A stretch of DNA of 64,000 nucleotides. It comes from Deltaproteobacteria bacterium HGW-Deltaproteobacteria-19. GTDB taxonomy: Bacteria > Desulfobacterota > Syntrophia > Syntrophales > PHBD01. Location: positions 55,911-119,910 of the forward strand of contig PHBD01000009.1 of the NCBI GenBank assembly GCA_002841865.1, given 5' to 3'. This document shows, piece after piece, positions 18,808 through 28,351 of the stretch; the first letter of the stretch is position 1; each line of letters begins with the position of its first letter. The position numbers were made by a program, and so were the translations under genes. A model generated the notes under the pieces. It ran no database searches. It had not been told where the DNA came from and saw nothing but the letters and a program-made list of their open reading frames with translations.

Positions 18808-19935
18808 ATGGAAAGATCCTATCAGATCTGCACGCGCTGCATCATGGACACGTCGGACCCCGAGATTTCATTCGACGGGCAGGGGCGCTGCAACCATTGC
18901 CGGAATTACGAGGTCCGCGTGGCCTCGGAGGTGTTCCGGGGAGAGGAAGGGAAACACCGGCTCGAGGCCATGGTCGAGCGGATCCGGGCCCAGGGGAGCG
19001 GCCGCGACTATGACTGCGTCATCGGGGTGAGCGGAGGGGTGGACAGCACGATGGTGGCCTACACGGTCCGGAAACTGGGACTGAGGCCCCTGGCCGTCCA
19101 TTTCGACAATGGGTGGAACAGTGAGTTGGCGGTGGACAACATCAAGAAAACGCTCGACCGCCTGGGAATCGATCTGCAGACGCACGTCGTGGACTGGGAG
19201 GAATTCAGGGATCTCCAGCTTTCCTTCCTGAAGGCTTCCGTGGCGAACTGCGAGATTCCCACCGATCACGCCATCACGGCCCTCCTGTTCAACACGGCGG
19301 CGCAACACGGCATCCGGTACATTTTCGGGGGCGGGAACGTCGCCACGGAGGGGATCCTCCCGTTCAGCTGGGGATACTACAACCAGGACCGGAAGCACCT
19401 GGAAGCGGTGCACCGGCGCTTCGGCACGATCCCCCTGAAGACCACGCCCAGGATCAGCCTTTCCAGGTTCATCTACCTCGTCTTTGTCCGTGGCATCCGG
19501 CTCATTCCCATCCTGAACTACGTCGACTACAACAAGACGGAGGCCATGAAGCTCATTCAAGAGGAGCTCTGCTGGCGCTACTATGGGGGAAAGCATTACG
19601 AATCCATTTTCACCCGCTTTTTCCAAGGCTACATCCTGCCCGTCAAGTTCGGGTTCGACAAGCGGCGGGCGCACCTGTCCACCCTGGTCTGTTCAGGTGA
19701 GATGAGCCGGGAGGACGCGCTTCGGGAAATGGAAAAGAATCCCTACGGGAACGAGAGCCTCCTCCGGGAGGATCGCGAATTTGTCATCAAGAAATTCGGC
19801 CTGACCGAGGAGACCTTCGAGGGGCTGATGCACCTGCCCATCCGGTCCTACCGGGATTATCCGAATCATTCCTTCTTCCTGCACACCCTCAGGGACTTGC
19901 GGTCCCGCTTCAAGAAAGTGGCCACGGCCGCCTGA
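18808..19935 (+). CDS. N-acetyl sugar amidotransferase (WbpG/WbuX/PseA-like PP-loop enzyme)
   Basis: N-terminal zinc ribbon 'CTRCIMDTSDPEISFDGQGRCNHC' followed by the PP-loop 'GVSGGVDS'. Lies immediately after hisH/hisF, as in known O-antigen loci. Confidence 0.85.
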   Translation: MERSYQICTRCIMDTSDPEISFDGQGRCNHCRNYEVRVASEVFRGEEGKHRLEAMVERIRAQGSGRDYDCVIGVSGGVDSTMVAYTVRKLGLRPLAVHFDNGWNSELAVDNIKKTLDRLGIDLQTHVVDWEEFRDLQLSFLKASVANCEIPTDHAITALLFNTAAQHGIRYIFGGGNVATEGILPFSWGYYNQDRKHLEAVHRRFGTIPLKTTPRISLSRFIYLVFVRGIRLIPILNYVDYNKTEAMKLIQEELCWRYYGGKHYESIFTRFFQGYILPVKFGFDKRRAHLSTLVCSGEMSREDALREMEKNPYGNESLLREDREFVIKKFGLTEETFEGLMHLPIRSYRDYPNHSFFLHTLRDLRSRFKKVATAA

Positions 19936-19943
19936 GGCTCCCC

Positions 19944-21092
19944 ATGACCATGAACGTGCACGTCTATCCCACCCCGTTCCGGAACGAGAGCCGGATTCTC
20001 AAGATCACGCAGAGCCTGAAGGAGGCCGCCGCGTTCGACCGGATCCGGATCATGGCCGTATGGGAGGAGGGGCTTGCGGAAGAAGAGGACCTGGACGAGA
20101 CGCGAAGGGTAGTCCGCATCCGGAGGCGGATCGGGGAAGGGAGAAACGGCACGTTCTGGAAGGCCGTCCGGACCGCCGAATGGTCCTGGCGGGTGCGGCG
20201 CTTCCTCCGCGAAGAAGGCATCGATTGCATCAATGCCCATAGCCTGTCGGTTTTACCGCTCTGCGTGCATCTGAAGCGGTCCAAAGGGGCGAGACTGATC
20301 TACGACACCCACGAGCTGGAAACGGAAACGGCCGGTTCGACCGGCATCCGCAGGGTCCTGGCGCGCCGGGTCGAACGCCGCCTGATCCGCGAGGCGGATG
20401 CGGTCATTGCCGTCAACGAATCCATTGCCTCGTGGTACCGGCGGACCTACGGGCTGAATCGGGTCTGGGTCGTAAAGAACGTCCCCTATCGTCCGGATTC
20501 CGCCCCCAAGAAGACAACGATGCTGCGCGACGCCTGCGGCGTCGGCGAAAATGAAATTCTTTTCCTGTACCAGGGCGCCATGGTGAAAGACCGGGGAATC
20601 CGCCGCCTGCTGGACGTATTCTCCAGGCTTGACGGAAGCAGGCACCTCGTCTGCATGGGATTCGGGGAAGACGTCGATCTGGTGAGGAACTTCGCCCGGA
20701 AGTATCCGAACATCCATTACCATCCCGCTGTTCCGCCGTCCGAGGTTTTCCGCTACACATGCGGCGCCGACGTGGGGGTTCACCTGATCGAAAACACATG
20801 CCTCAATCACTATTACTGCCTCCCCAACAAGATCTGGGAATATCTGAATGCGGCGCTCCCGGTCGTCGTCAGCGACCTCCCGGAGATGGCGCGGGTGGTG
20901 GATGGATGCGGGTGCGGCTGGAAGTGTGGTCCCTCCGATGATGAAGCGTTGAATCTCATCGGGGGGATCACCATGCAGGACGTGCGCGGGAAGAGGGAGC
21001 GGGCCCTTCAGGCCCGGGACGGATTCGGCTGGCATAAGGAAGAAAGGGAATTGCTCGATGCCTATCGGACTCTTGGCTTCATCCGTCATTGA
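19944..21092 (+). CDS. glycosyltransferase family 4
   Basis: 382-aa ORF of GT-B layout; 'LPNKIWEYLNAALPVVVSDLPEM' is a C-terminal nucleotide-sugar region. Occupies the position of wbpH in the P. aeruginosa O5 locus. Confidence 0.7.
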   Translation: MTMNVHVYPTPFRNESRILKITQSLKEAAAFDRIRIMAVWEEGLAEEEDLDETRRVVRIRRRIGEGRNGTFWKAVRTAEWSWRVRRFLREEGIDCINAHSLSVLPLCVHLKRSKGARLIYDTHELETETAGSTGIRRVLARRVERRLIREADAVIAVNESIASWYRRTYGLNRVWVVKNVPYRPDSAPKKTTMLRDACGVGENEILFLYQGAMVKDRGIRRLLDVFSRLDGSRHLVCMGFGEDVDLVRNFARKYPNIHYHPAVPPSEVFRYTCGADVGVHLIENTCLNHYYCLPNKIWEYLNAALPVVVSDLPEMARVVDGCGCGWKCGPSDDEALNLIGGITMQDVRGKRERALQARDGFGWHKEERELLDAYRTLGFIRH

Positions 21093-21129
21093 GGGCCGGG
21101 AACGGACCCGACCGGAGGCGGACTGACCG

Positions 21130-22428
21130 ATGCTTCGGATCTGGGACCGGTTTTCCGGCCGCATGAGGCGAAAATCCTTCTTCGCCAATACCGTGACAAT
21201 GATGGGCGGGACTGCCGTTGCGCAAGGGATCACCTTTCTCGGAACCCTGATCCTCGCCCGGTTTTATCTCCCTTCCCATTTCGGCGTGTTCTCCATGTTT
21301 ACCGGTCTGGTTTCGCTGATCAGCGTCTGGTCGTCCCTCCGGTATGAAATCGCCGTGACACTTCCGGAAAGGGACGAGGATGCGGCGGCCCTTGTCCAGT
21401 TCTCCATTCTGATCGTCTGTTTCGTCAGCCTCCTGATCCTTGTCCTGGTGATCGCAGCCGGCCACCAGGTTCTCACGAAGCTGCGCATGGAGGACCTGCT
21501 TCCCTGGCTTTTCCTGCTTCCGCTGTGCATCCTGCTGGTTGGCTCCTACAACACTTTGTACAACTGGTGCCTGAGAAGTCAGCGTTTCCCCGGCATTGTC
21601 CTTGCCCGGACGGCGAAATCCCTGTCCACGGTTCTGGGGCAGTTGATCGCATATCCGCTTGTGACCCTGCCCGGTGGCGGCCTGATCTGCGGCTATGCGA
21701 TCGGTCTCATGGGCGGCCTGGGTCCCATTTTGAAACGATCCAGGGCGGCCTTCACAGGCGGCATCCTGTGGTCGCGCATGCTTCCCGTCGCGTCCCGGTA
21801 CTCCGATTTTCCGAAAAAGGCCGGCGTCGGCGCTTTTCTCGACACGGCATCCCTGCAGATTCCGCTGATCGCGCTCCCCGTCATTTTCTCGTCTCATGTG
21901 GGCGGATCCTTTGCCATTGCCGACCGGCTGTTCCGGGGTGCGGTGGACTTCTTCAGCGCGACGCTGGGGCAGGTGTTCTACCAGCGGGTCGCAGGCCTCC
22001 GGAGAGCCCATGAAGAGACGACGTCGCTGCTCCTGAAGACCTGGAAACTTCTCTTTGTTTTCTTCATCGGCCCCAGCCTGCTGATGCTGCTTTTCGGCAG
22101 GGAGGTCTTTGTCCTGCTTCTGGGGCCGGGATGGGCCGATGCGGGGGAATATGCCGCAATCCTTTCCATCGGATTCATCGGGCAGCTTGTTGTCTCCCCG
22201 ACGAGTCTCGGCCTCATGGCATTCGAGAAACTCAACCTCCTGCTCGGCTGGCAGGTATTGTCCTTCCTGGCGATGATCACCGCCCTGCTTTTGGGGTTTT
22301 TCTACTGGCGACAGGATATTAAGTCTTTCCTGTGGTTCTGGTCCTGCAAGGAAGCAATGCTGTATCTGCTTTACGGGGGGATTCTGTACCATATCCACCA
22401 GGGGCACAAGGAGTCCCTGGCGGTGTAA
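21130..22428 (+). CDS. oligosaccharide flippase (Wzx/MOP superfamily), second copy
   Basis: 432-aa polytopic membrane protein. 'NTVTMMGGTAVAQGITFLGTLILARFY' is a typical polysaccharide-biosynthesis-protein N-terminus. Confidence 0.75.
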   Translation: MLRIWDRFSGRMRRKSFFANTVTMMGGTAVAQGITFLGTLILARFYLPSHFGVFSMFTGLVSLISVWSSLRYEIAVTLPERDEDAAALVQFSILIVCFVSLLILVLVIAAGHQVLTKLRMEDLLPWLFLLPLCILLVGSYNTLYNWCLRSQRFPGIVLARTAKSLSTVLGQLIAYPLVTLPGGGLICGYAIGLMGGLGPILKRSRAAFTGGILWSRMLPVASRYSDFPKKAGVGAFLDTASLQIPLIALPVIFSSHVGGSFAIADRLFRGAVDFFSATLGQVFYQRVAGLRRAHEETTSLLLKTWKLLFVFFIGPSLLMLLFGREVFVLLLGPGWADAGEYAAILSIGFIGQLVVSPTSLGLMAFEKLNLLLGWQVLSFLAMITALLLGFFYWRQDIKSFLWFWSCKEAMLYLLYGGILYHIHQGHKESLAV

Positions 22429-22452
22429 ACATCCATCGAAAAGGAGCCTGTC

Positions 22453-23436
22453 ATGATTCAAGTTGCCCAGATCGGCGTTGGATACTGGGGTCCCAACCTG
22501 CTTCGCAACCTGATCGCGAACCGGCGCTGCCGGGTGAAGACGGTGGCGGAACTCTCGGCTGAGCGCCGCAATTACGTCCAGTCCCTGTACCCCGCCGTCC
22601 GGGTGACGGAGCGGGTGGAGGACGTCCTCGCCGATCCGGATGTGGATGCGGTGATCGTCGCGACACCCGTGGCAAGCCATTACGATCTTGCCCTGGCGGC
22701 CCTGGACGCGGGGAAGCACATCCTGGTGGAAAAACCCCTGGCCCGGAGCGTGGCGGAGGTGGCGGCCATCGGCCGCCTGGCGGAGCAGCGGAAGCGGGTC
22801 GCCATGGTCGGCCATACCTTCCTCTACAATGCAGCCGTCCGATACGTGAAGAAGCTGATCGACGACCGGGAGATCGGCGACATCCGCTACATCTACAGCC
22901 AGCGCCTGAACCTGGGAAGGATCCGCTCCGACGTGGACGCCCTCTGGAACTTCGCCCCCCACGATGTCAGCATTATCCAGTACTGGCTGGGAGACCCCGA
23001 ACCGGTGTCGGTGGTGAAGCGGGGGGTCGACTTCATCCAGCCGGGAATCGCCGACGTGGTCTTCATGAACATTCACTATCCCGGGAAGATCATGGCCAAT
23101 ATCCACGTGAGCTGGCTGGATCCCGGCAAGGTGCGGTGCATGACCGTCGTCGGCTCCCGGAAGATGGTCGTGTACGACGACGTGGCGGACAACAAGATCA
23201 CCGTCTACGACAAGGGGATTGACCGCAAGGCCGTCCTGGGGGAGAACATGGACTATGACGGCCCCTCCTATCCGACCTTCAGCCTCCGGTCCGGCGACAT
23301 CCTGATCCCGAGGATTGACTTCCAGGAGCCCCTGAAGGTGGAGATCGACCATTTTCTCGACTGCATCGAAAAAGGAACGCCTTGCCTGACCGGCATCGAC
23401 CACGCCCGAAAGGTCGTGGAGATCCTCTCGGCGTGA
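22453..23436 (+). CDS. Gfo/Idh/MocA family oxidoreductase (WbpB-like sugar dehydrogenase candidate)
   Basis: 'IQVAQIGVGYWGPNLLRNL' Rossmann N-terminus and the 'ILVEKPLA' EKP motif. Confidence 0.85.
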   Translation: MIQVAQIGVGYWGPNLLRNLIANRRCRVKTVAELSAERRNYVQSLYPAVRVTERVEDVLADPDVDAVIVATPVASHYDLALAALDAGKHILVEKPLARSVAEVAAIGRLAEQRKRVAMVGHTFLYNAAVRYVKKLIDDREIGDIRYIYSQRLNLGRIRSDVDALWNFAPHDVSIIQYWLGDPEPVSVVKRGVDFIQPGIADVVFMNIHYPGKIMANIHVSWLDPGKVRCMTVVGSRKMVVYDDVADNKITVYDKGIDRKAVLGENMDYDGPSYPTFSLRSGDILIPRIDFQEPLKVEIDHFLDCIEKGTPCLTGIDHARKVVEILSA

Positions 23437-23460
23437 CGGTGGGTTGACAGGGGGATAAGA

Positions 23461-24702
23461 TTGAAGATTGTTTACCTCCATCAGTACTTCGTGACGCCCG
23501 ACATGCCCGGGGGAACCCGCTCGTACGAGATCGGACGCCGGCTGGTCGAGGCGGGCCATGAGGTCCACATGATCACCTCCGATCAGTCGGGGCGCTTCGA
23601 TGCGTCTGAAGGGTGGCGCATTACGGAGGAAGCGGGCATCCGCGTTCACTGGACGACGGTTCCATATGGAAACGAGATGCCGTACGGGGAGAGGATCAAG
23701 GCTTTTTTCCTCTTTGCCTGGCGGTCGGCCAGGGAGGCGGCGCGCGTGGGAGGGGATCTGGTCTTTGCCACGAGTACGCCCCTGACGATTGCGCTTCCCG
23801 CCGTGTATGCGGCGAAGCGCTGCGGCATCCCGATGGTTTTCGAGGTTCGCGACCTGTGGCCGGCCGTTCCCATAGCCCTGGGAGCGTTGAAAAATCCGCT
23901 GAGCCGCTGGCTGGCCCGGCGGCTGGAGCGATTTGCATACGGAAACGCTTCCCATGTGGTCGCGCTGGCCCCTGGGATGAGGGATGCCGTTGTGGAGACG
24001 GGCTATCCTCCCGAGCGGGTGTCCGTGATTCCCAACGGGGCCGATCTTGACCTGTTCGACGTACCGCCGGAGGAGGGAAAGCGCCTGCGGAGCCTCCATC
24101 CGTGGCTGCAGGACAGGCCGCTGGTCCTCTTCGCCGGGACGCTGGGCATGGCGAACGGCGTCGATTACCTGGTGCGGCTGGCATCTGCCGTGCGCATGCT
24201 CGATCCGGAAATACGCTTCCTGGTAATCGGCGGAGGGAAAGAGGTGGAGCGGGTCCGTGGCATGGCCCGGGAACAGGGCGTGCTGGAGAACAATTTCTTC
24301 ATGATGAATGCCATCCCCAAGCGGGAGGTTCCCGCCTGGCTGTCCGCATCGGATCTTGTCACCGCCCTCTTTACGGGTCCGAAGATTGTCTGGAAAGACG
24401 CGGTTCAGAACAAGTTTTTCGACGCCATGGCGGCGGGAAGACCCATCGTGAACAACTTCGATGGGTGGCAGTCCCGGATTGCCGAGGAGCACGGTGCAGG
24501 GCTCATCCTTCCGCCCGATGATCTCCCCGCAGCCGCCCGCCTGCTGACCGGCGCCATCCATAACCCGGAGTGGATGGAAGAGGCCCGGATCGCCGCCAGG
24601 CGGCTGGGGAGAGAGATGTTTTCCCGGGAGAGGCTTGCCAGGGAGCTTGAGCAGGTTCTGACGTCCGTCCGGAACAATCACAAGGCAGGGAAAAAATTCT
24701 GA
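23461..24702 (+). CDS. glycosyltransferase family 4, WbuB-like
   Basis: 'KIVYLHQYFVTPDMPGGTRSYEIGRRLVEAGHEVHMITS' is the characteristic WbuB-type N-terminus. TTG start per the ORF track. Confidence 0.8.
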   Translation: MKIVYLHQYFVTPDMPGGTRSYEIGRRLVEAGHEVHMITSDQSGRFDASEGWRITEEAGIRVHWTTVPYGNEMPYGERIKAFFLFAWRSAREAARVGGDLVFATSTPLTIALPAVYAAKRCGIPMVFEVRDLWPAVPIALGALKNPLSRWLARRLERFAYGNASHVVALAPGMRDAVVETGYPPERVSVIPNGADLDLFDVPPEEGKRLRSLHPWLQDRPLVLFAGTLGMANGVDYLVRLASAVRMLDPEIRFLVIGGGKEVERVRGMAREQGVLENNFFMMNAIPKREVPAWLSASDLVTALFTGPKIVWKDAVQNKFFDAMAAGRPIVNNFDGWQSRIAEEHGAGLILPPDDLPAAARLLTGAIHNPEWMEEARIAARRLGREMFSRERLARELEQVLTSVRNNHKAGKKF

Positions 24703-25325
24703 TGCAACCGGGGGCGGGGCATTTCTGCAAACGAGTGATGGATCTTGCTGTCGGCGGGTGTGTGTTCGTTCTGGCGATTCCGGTCATGGCACTGGTCGCC
24801 CTTGTGATCCGCCTGACTCTCGGCCGGCCGGTCTTTTTCCGTCAAATCCGTCCGGGGCTGAACGGGAGGCCCTTCGGTCTACACAAGTTCCGCACCATGA
24901 CGGATGCGAGGAACGGGGAGGGCCGCCTCCTGCCGGACGAGGCGCGCTTGACGGCGTTCGGCCGGTTTCTGAGATCAACATCTCTTGACGAACTCCCCGA
25001 ACTCTGGAATGTGCTGCGGGGTGACATGAGTCTGGTGGGCCCGAGGCCTCTCCTGATGGCCTATCTGGAGCGATACGACTCCGAGCAGATGCGCCGGCAC
25101 CACGTGAAGCCCGGCCTGACCGGCTGGGCGCAGGTGAACGGAAGGAACGCACTGACGTGGGAGGATAAATTCCGGCTGGACGTCTGGTACGTGGACAACC
25201 GCAACCTGGTGCTGGACCTGAAGATTCTCTTCATGACGCTGGGAATCGTTCTCAGGCGGGAAGGCATCAGTCAGGAAGGGCACTGTACGGCGGAGGAATT
25301 CAGGGGGAACAGGCATGAAGACTGA
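24702..25325 (+). CDS. initiating phosphoglycosyl transferase (bacterial sugar transferase, PglC-like small form)
   Basis: One N-terminal TM helix, then 'RPGLNGRPFGLHKFRTM' and 'DELPELWNVLRGDMSLVGPRP', the signature of the bacterial sugar transferase family. 207 aa. Confidence 0.9.
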   Translation: MQPGAGHFCKRVMDLAVGGCVFVLAIPVMALVALVIRLTLGRPVFFRQIRPGLNGRPFGLHKFRTMTDARNGEGRLLPDEARLTAFGRFLRSTSLDELPELWNVLRGDMSLVGPRPLLMAYLERYDSEQMRRHHVKPGLTGWAQVNGRNALTWEDKFRLDVWYVDNRNLVLDLKILFMTLGIVLRREGISQEGHCTAEEFRGNRHED

Positions 25326-25755
25326 AAATGACCGCTTTGCCGACTGGCAGTATCCGGAGATCGAGGAGGGGAAGCCCACGAAATACCAATGGCTGGTCCG
25401 GCATGTATCCGGGCTGCACCTTGGATACCGGACAGATATAGGGGCCTTCACCTTCATCAACGCGGCCCGCGGCGTCATCATCGGAGACGAGGTCCAGATC
25501 GGATCGCACTGCTCCATCTATTCCATCTCCACGATCGACGACAAGGCCGGTGAAGTCCGCCTGGACCGAAACTGCCGGATCGGGAGCCATACGGTCATCA
25601 TGCCCGGCGTCCGCATCGGGGAAAACGCCGTCATTGCAGCTTGCAGTTACGTCAATCGGGACATTCCGGCCAACGTCGTTGCCGGAGGGGTTCCGGCAAA
25701 GGTGCTGCGGCAGTTGCCGCCGTGCGGGAAAGAGGGGGAAAATGGGATTGGCTGA
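25315..25755 (+). CDS. hexapeptide-repeat acetyltransferase (PglD/WbpD-like)
   Basis: 146 aa with left-handed beta-helix hexapeptide repeats ('IGDEVQIGSHCSI', 'IGSHTVIMPGVRIGENAVIAACSYV'). Confidence 0.8.
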   Translation: MKTENDRFADWQYPEIEEGKPTKYQWLVRHVSGLHLGYRTDIGAFTFINAARGVIIGDEVQIGSHCSIYSISTIDDKAGEVRLDRNCRIGSHTVIMPGVRIGENAVIAACSYVNRDIPANVVAGGVPAKVLRQLPPCGKEGENGIG

Positions 25756-26962
25756 TCGTCTTGCGGTGGAGGGCGGACCCGTGGTCCGGCATGCTCCATA
25801 CCCGCCCTGGCCTGTTTATGATGATGATGAAGTAGAGGCCGCGGCCTCGGTTCTCCGTTCCGGGCGCGTCAACTACTGGACCGGCGAGGAGGGGCGGATC
25901 TTCGAGAAGGAGTTTGCCTCGTATGTGGGCGCCGGGTATGCGGTGGCCATGGCAAACGGGACGGTTGCGCTGGAAAGCGCGTTTCGGGCCCTGGGAATCG
26001 GCGACGGTGATGAAGTCGTCGTGACACCCCGGACGTTCATCGCTTCGGCCAGCGCGTTCATCCTCCTGGGAGCGGTCCCCATGTTCGCCGATGTGGATCC
26101 GGACAGCCAGAACATCACAGCAGATTCGATCGCCCGTATCCTCACCCCCCGTACGAAAGCGGTCGTTGCCGTGCATCACGCCGGGTGGCCCTGCGAGATG
26201 ACCCCGATCATGGATATGGCGCGAGAACGAGGCCTCCGGGTGATCGAGGACAGCGCCCATGCCCACGGTGCTCTGTATCATGGCAGGAAAACGGGGACTT
26301 TCGGGGACGTGGCCGCCTTTTCCTTCTGTCAGGACAAGATCATGACGACAGCCGGGGAGGGGGGCATGGTCACCACCGGCAGTGAAGAGATCTGGTCGAA
26401 GGTCTGGTCGTTCAAGGACCATGGGAAATCTTACGGCCCCGCCCATGACAAGAATCATCCTCCCGGTTTCCGGTGGCTTCACGATTCCTTCGGCTCCAAT
26501 TACCGAATGACCGAATTGCAGGCCGCAATCGGCCGGATCCAGCTGAAAAAACTGGAGGGATGGCTCGGGAAAAGAGAGCGCAACGCCCATTATCTCATGG
26601 ACCGCCTTGCCCATGTTCCGGGCCTGCGCGTCGTGGTCCCCCCTCCTCATGTCCGTCATGCCTATTACAAGTATTATGTGTTTTTGATTCCCGGGATGCT
26701 GAAGGACTCCTGGGGACAGGAGCGCATCATTGCCTCGGTGGAGGCCGAGGGCGTGCCCTGCTTCAGCGGAACCTGCGGTGAAATCTACATGGAAAAGGCC
26801 TTTGTCAAAACGGGCCTGGCTCCCCGGGACAGGCTTCCCGTGGCGATGCAGCTGGCGGAGACGAGCCTGATGTTTCCCGTCCATCCGACATTGGAAGAGG
26901 GTGATCTCCAGGATACGGTCACGGCCGTGGAGAAGGTGATGCGCCATGCGGTCAGGGCATAG
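25742..26962 (+). CDS. DegT/DnrJ/EryC1/StrS family sugar aminotransferase (PglE/WbpE-like)
   Basis: 'FEKEFASYVGAGYAVAMANGTVALE' and 'SFCQDKIMTTAGEGGMV' (PLP-Lys region). Start at ATG 25742, in frame with the ORF opening at 25550. Confidence 0.9.
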   Translation: MGLADRLAVEGGPVVRHAPYPPWPVYDDDEVEAAASVLRSGRVNYWTGEEGRIFEKEFASYVGAGYAVAMANGTVALESAFRALGIGDGDEVVVTPRTFIASASAFILLGAVPMFADVDPDSQNITADSIARILTPRTKAVVAVHHAGWPCEMTPIMDMARERGLRVIEDSAHAHGALYHGRKTGTFGDVAAFSFCQDKIMTTAGEGGMVTTGSEEIWSKVWSFKDHGKSYGPAHDKNHPPGFRWLHDSFGSNYRMTELQAAIGRIQLKKLEGWLGKRERNAHYLMDRLAHVPGLRVVVPPPHVRHAYYKYYVFLIPGMLKDSWGQERIIASVEAEGVPCFSGTCGEIYMEKAFVKTGLAPRDRLPVAMQLAETSLMFPVHPTLEEGDLQDTVTAVEKVMRHAVRA

Positions 26963-26977
26963 CGACAGGGGATTGCA

Positions 26978-28258
26978 ATGAACGACAGGAACCCGGTGCA
27001 GACCTCTGTCACGGAACGCGGGACGAAAATGACGAATGCGCTGCAGTGGACGGTGCTGGTGCTGTTGGCCGTCTACGTGTTCATCAATCCCTTTCCGAAG
27101 AAGACGGCCATCGAGCTCATCGCGTTCTACTCATCCGCGTTTCTTGTCACCGTCCTGTCGCTGACCGGCAGGATGAAACTGAACTTCAGGACGCCCCTGA
27201 CGATTCCATTTCTCCTGTTCGCCTTCTGGGGATTCCTGGGGCTATTTTTCGCCCTGGACGTGAAGAACAGCATCCATGACTATTATGCCCACCTCCTGTC
27301 TTTCCTCGTCGTTTTCTTCCTGATCGTCAATGTCTTTGACACAAGGAGGAAACTGCGCCTCCTGATCCGCCTGACCGTTCTGTCGGGCATTCTCTTTTCC
27401 TCCGGCCTTCTCGTCTATTACTACGGTATCGCCGGCTATCCCCTGACGGAACGGCTGGGCATGTACATCCCGTACCTGGAGTTCAATCCCGGATTCCTGA
27501 CCTATACAACCCTTTTCACCGTGTTCCTGTCTCTTGGACTCATGAGGCTGAAAAGTGACGGCTCGTACTGGTACCTGTACCTGTTCGGCGTGGTTGTCTC
27601 GGCGGCGGCATCGGTTTTGAGCGGGGCCCGGGCGGCCTTCATCGGCGCGATCGCTCCGGCGTGGGTGTTCCTACCCCGGTTGAGGAAAAACCTTCTTCCG
27701 CTCTTTGTCATCGTTCTCGCCGGCATGCTCATGTTTTCCTTTGTCCCCAGCGTGAGGGACCGCATGTCCCTCAAGTCCCTGGCCGGCGAGTCCAGGGTCA
27801 AGATCGCCATGATCTCGATCGAGCTGCTCAAGGACTATCCCGTCTTCGGGATCGGCTACGGGATGCAGACATATGGAAACCGGGAGTATGTGGATCTGTC
27901 GAAGTACAACGCCAGGCTCCCGGAGAAATACCGGCAGCATCATGAGGGCGGCATCTTCTGGGGGGCGACACACAATTCGTACATGGACGTCGCCGTCCGC
28001 ACCGGCCTGGTGGGCCTGGCCCTGTGGCTGTTTGTTCTCTTTGCGGCGTTTCGAATGAGCATCGGGCTGATGATGAAAGGCAGGGATGGGGAAACCCGGC
28101 ACCTGGGAACCATCCTGGCGGCGGCGTTGACGTGCATTGCGGTCCTTGACCTTTTCATGGACTCGGCCTTCGGGCCGCAGCTTACGATTCATTATGTCCT
28201 GTTTGGAATGATCGCTGTTCTGTGGCAATGCCATGTCCGGGAGGGGGAACGTTCCTGA
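26978..28258 (+). CDS. O-antigen ligase/polymerase family membrane protein (Wzy_C domain), second copy
   Basis: 426-aa polytopic protein. 'ATHNSYMDVAVRTGLVGLALWLFVL' is the Wzy_C-type loop and helix. Lower G+C. Confidence 0.75.
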   Translation: MNDRNPVQTSVTERGTKMTNALQWTVLVLLAVYVFINPFPKKTAIELIAFYSSAFLVTVLSLTGRMKLNFRTPLTIPFLLFAFWGFLGLFFALDVKNSIHDYYAHLLSFLVVFFLIVNVFDTRRKLRLLIRLTVLSGILFSSGLLVYYYGIAGYPLTERLGMYIPYLEFNPGFLTYTTLFTVFLSLGLMRLKSDGSYWYLYLFGVVVSAAASVLSGARAAFIGAIAPAWVFLPRLRKNLLPLFVIVLAGMLMFSFVPSVRDRMSLKSLAGESRVKIAMISIELLKDYPVFGIGYGMQTYGNREYVDLSKYNARLPEKYRQHHEGGIFWGATHNSYMDVAVRTGLVGLALWLFVLFAAFRMSIGLMMKGRDGETRHLGTILAAALTCIAVLDLFMDSAFGPQLTIHYVLFGMIAVLWQCHVREGERS

Positions 28259-28351
28259 AGGCCGGACCAATCGTCAACAATCGACAGAATGGATCGTAAT
28301 ATCGGCATCTAAAACCATTACAACCACCGGTCGTCCCGATCGGCAGGATTT

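Noticed and set aside
21079-24681. 1200-aa ORF on the minus strand spanning three plus-strand genes
   Set aside because: Its codons are in exact register with the sense codons of the flippase, oxidoreductase and GT4 genes, all of which start at positions congruent to 1 mod 3. In a high-G+C genome the sense codons TTA, CTA and TCA are rare, so the aligned antisense frame stays open. The product is Arg/Pro/Gly/His-rich with no motifs.
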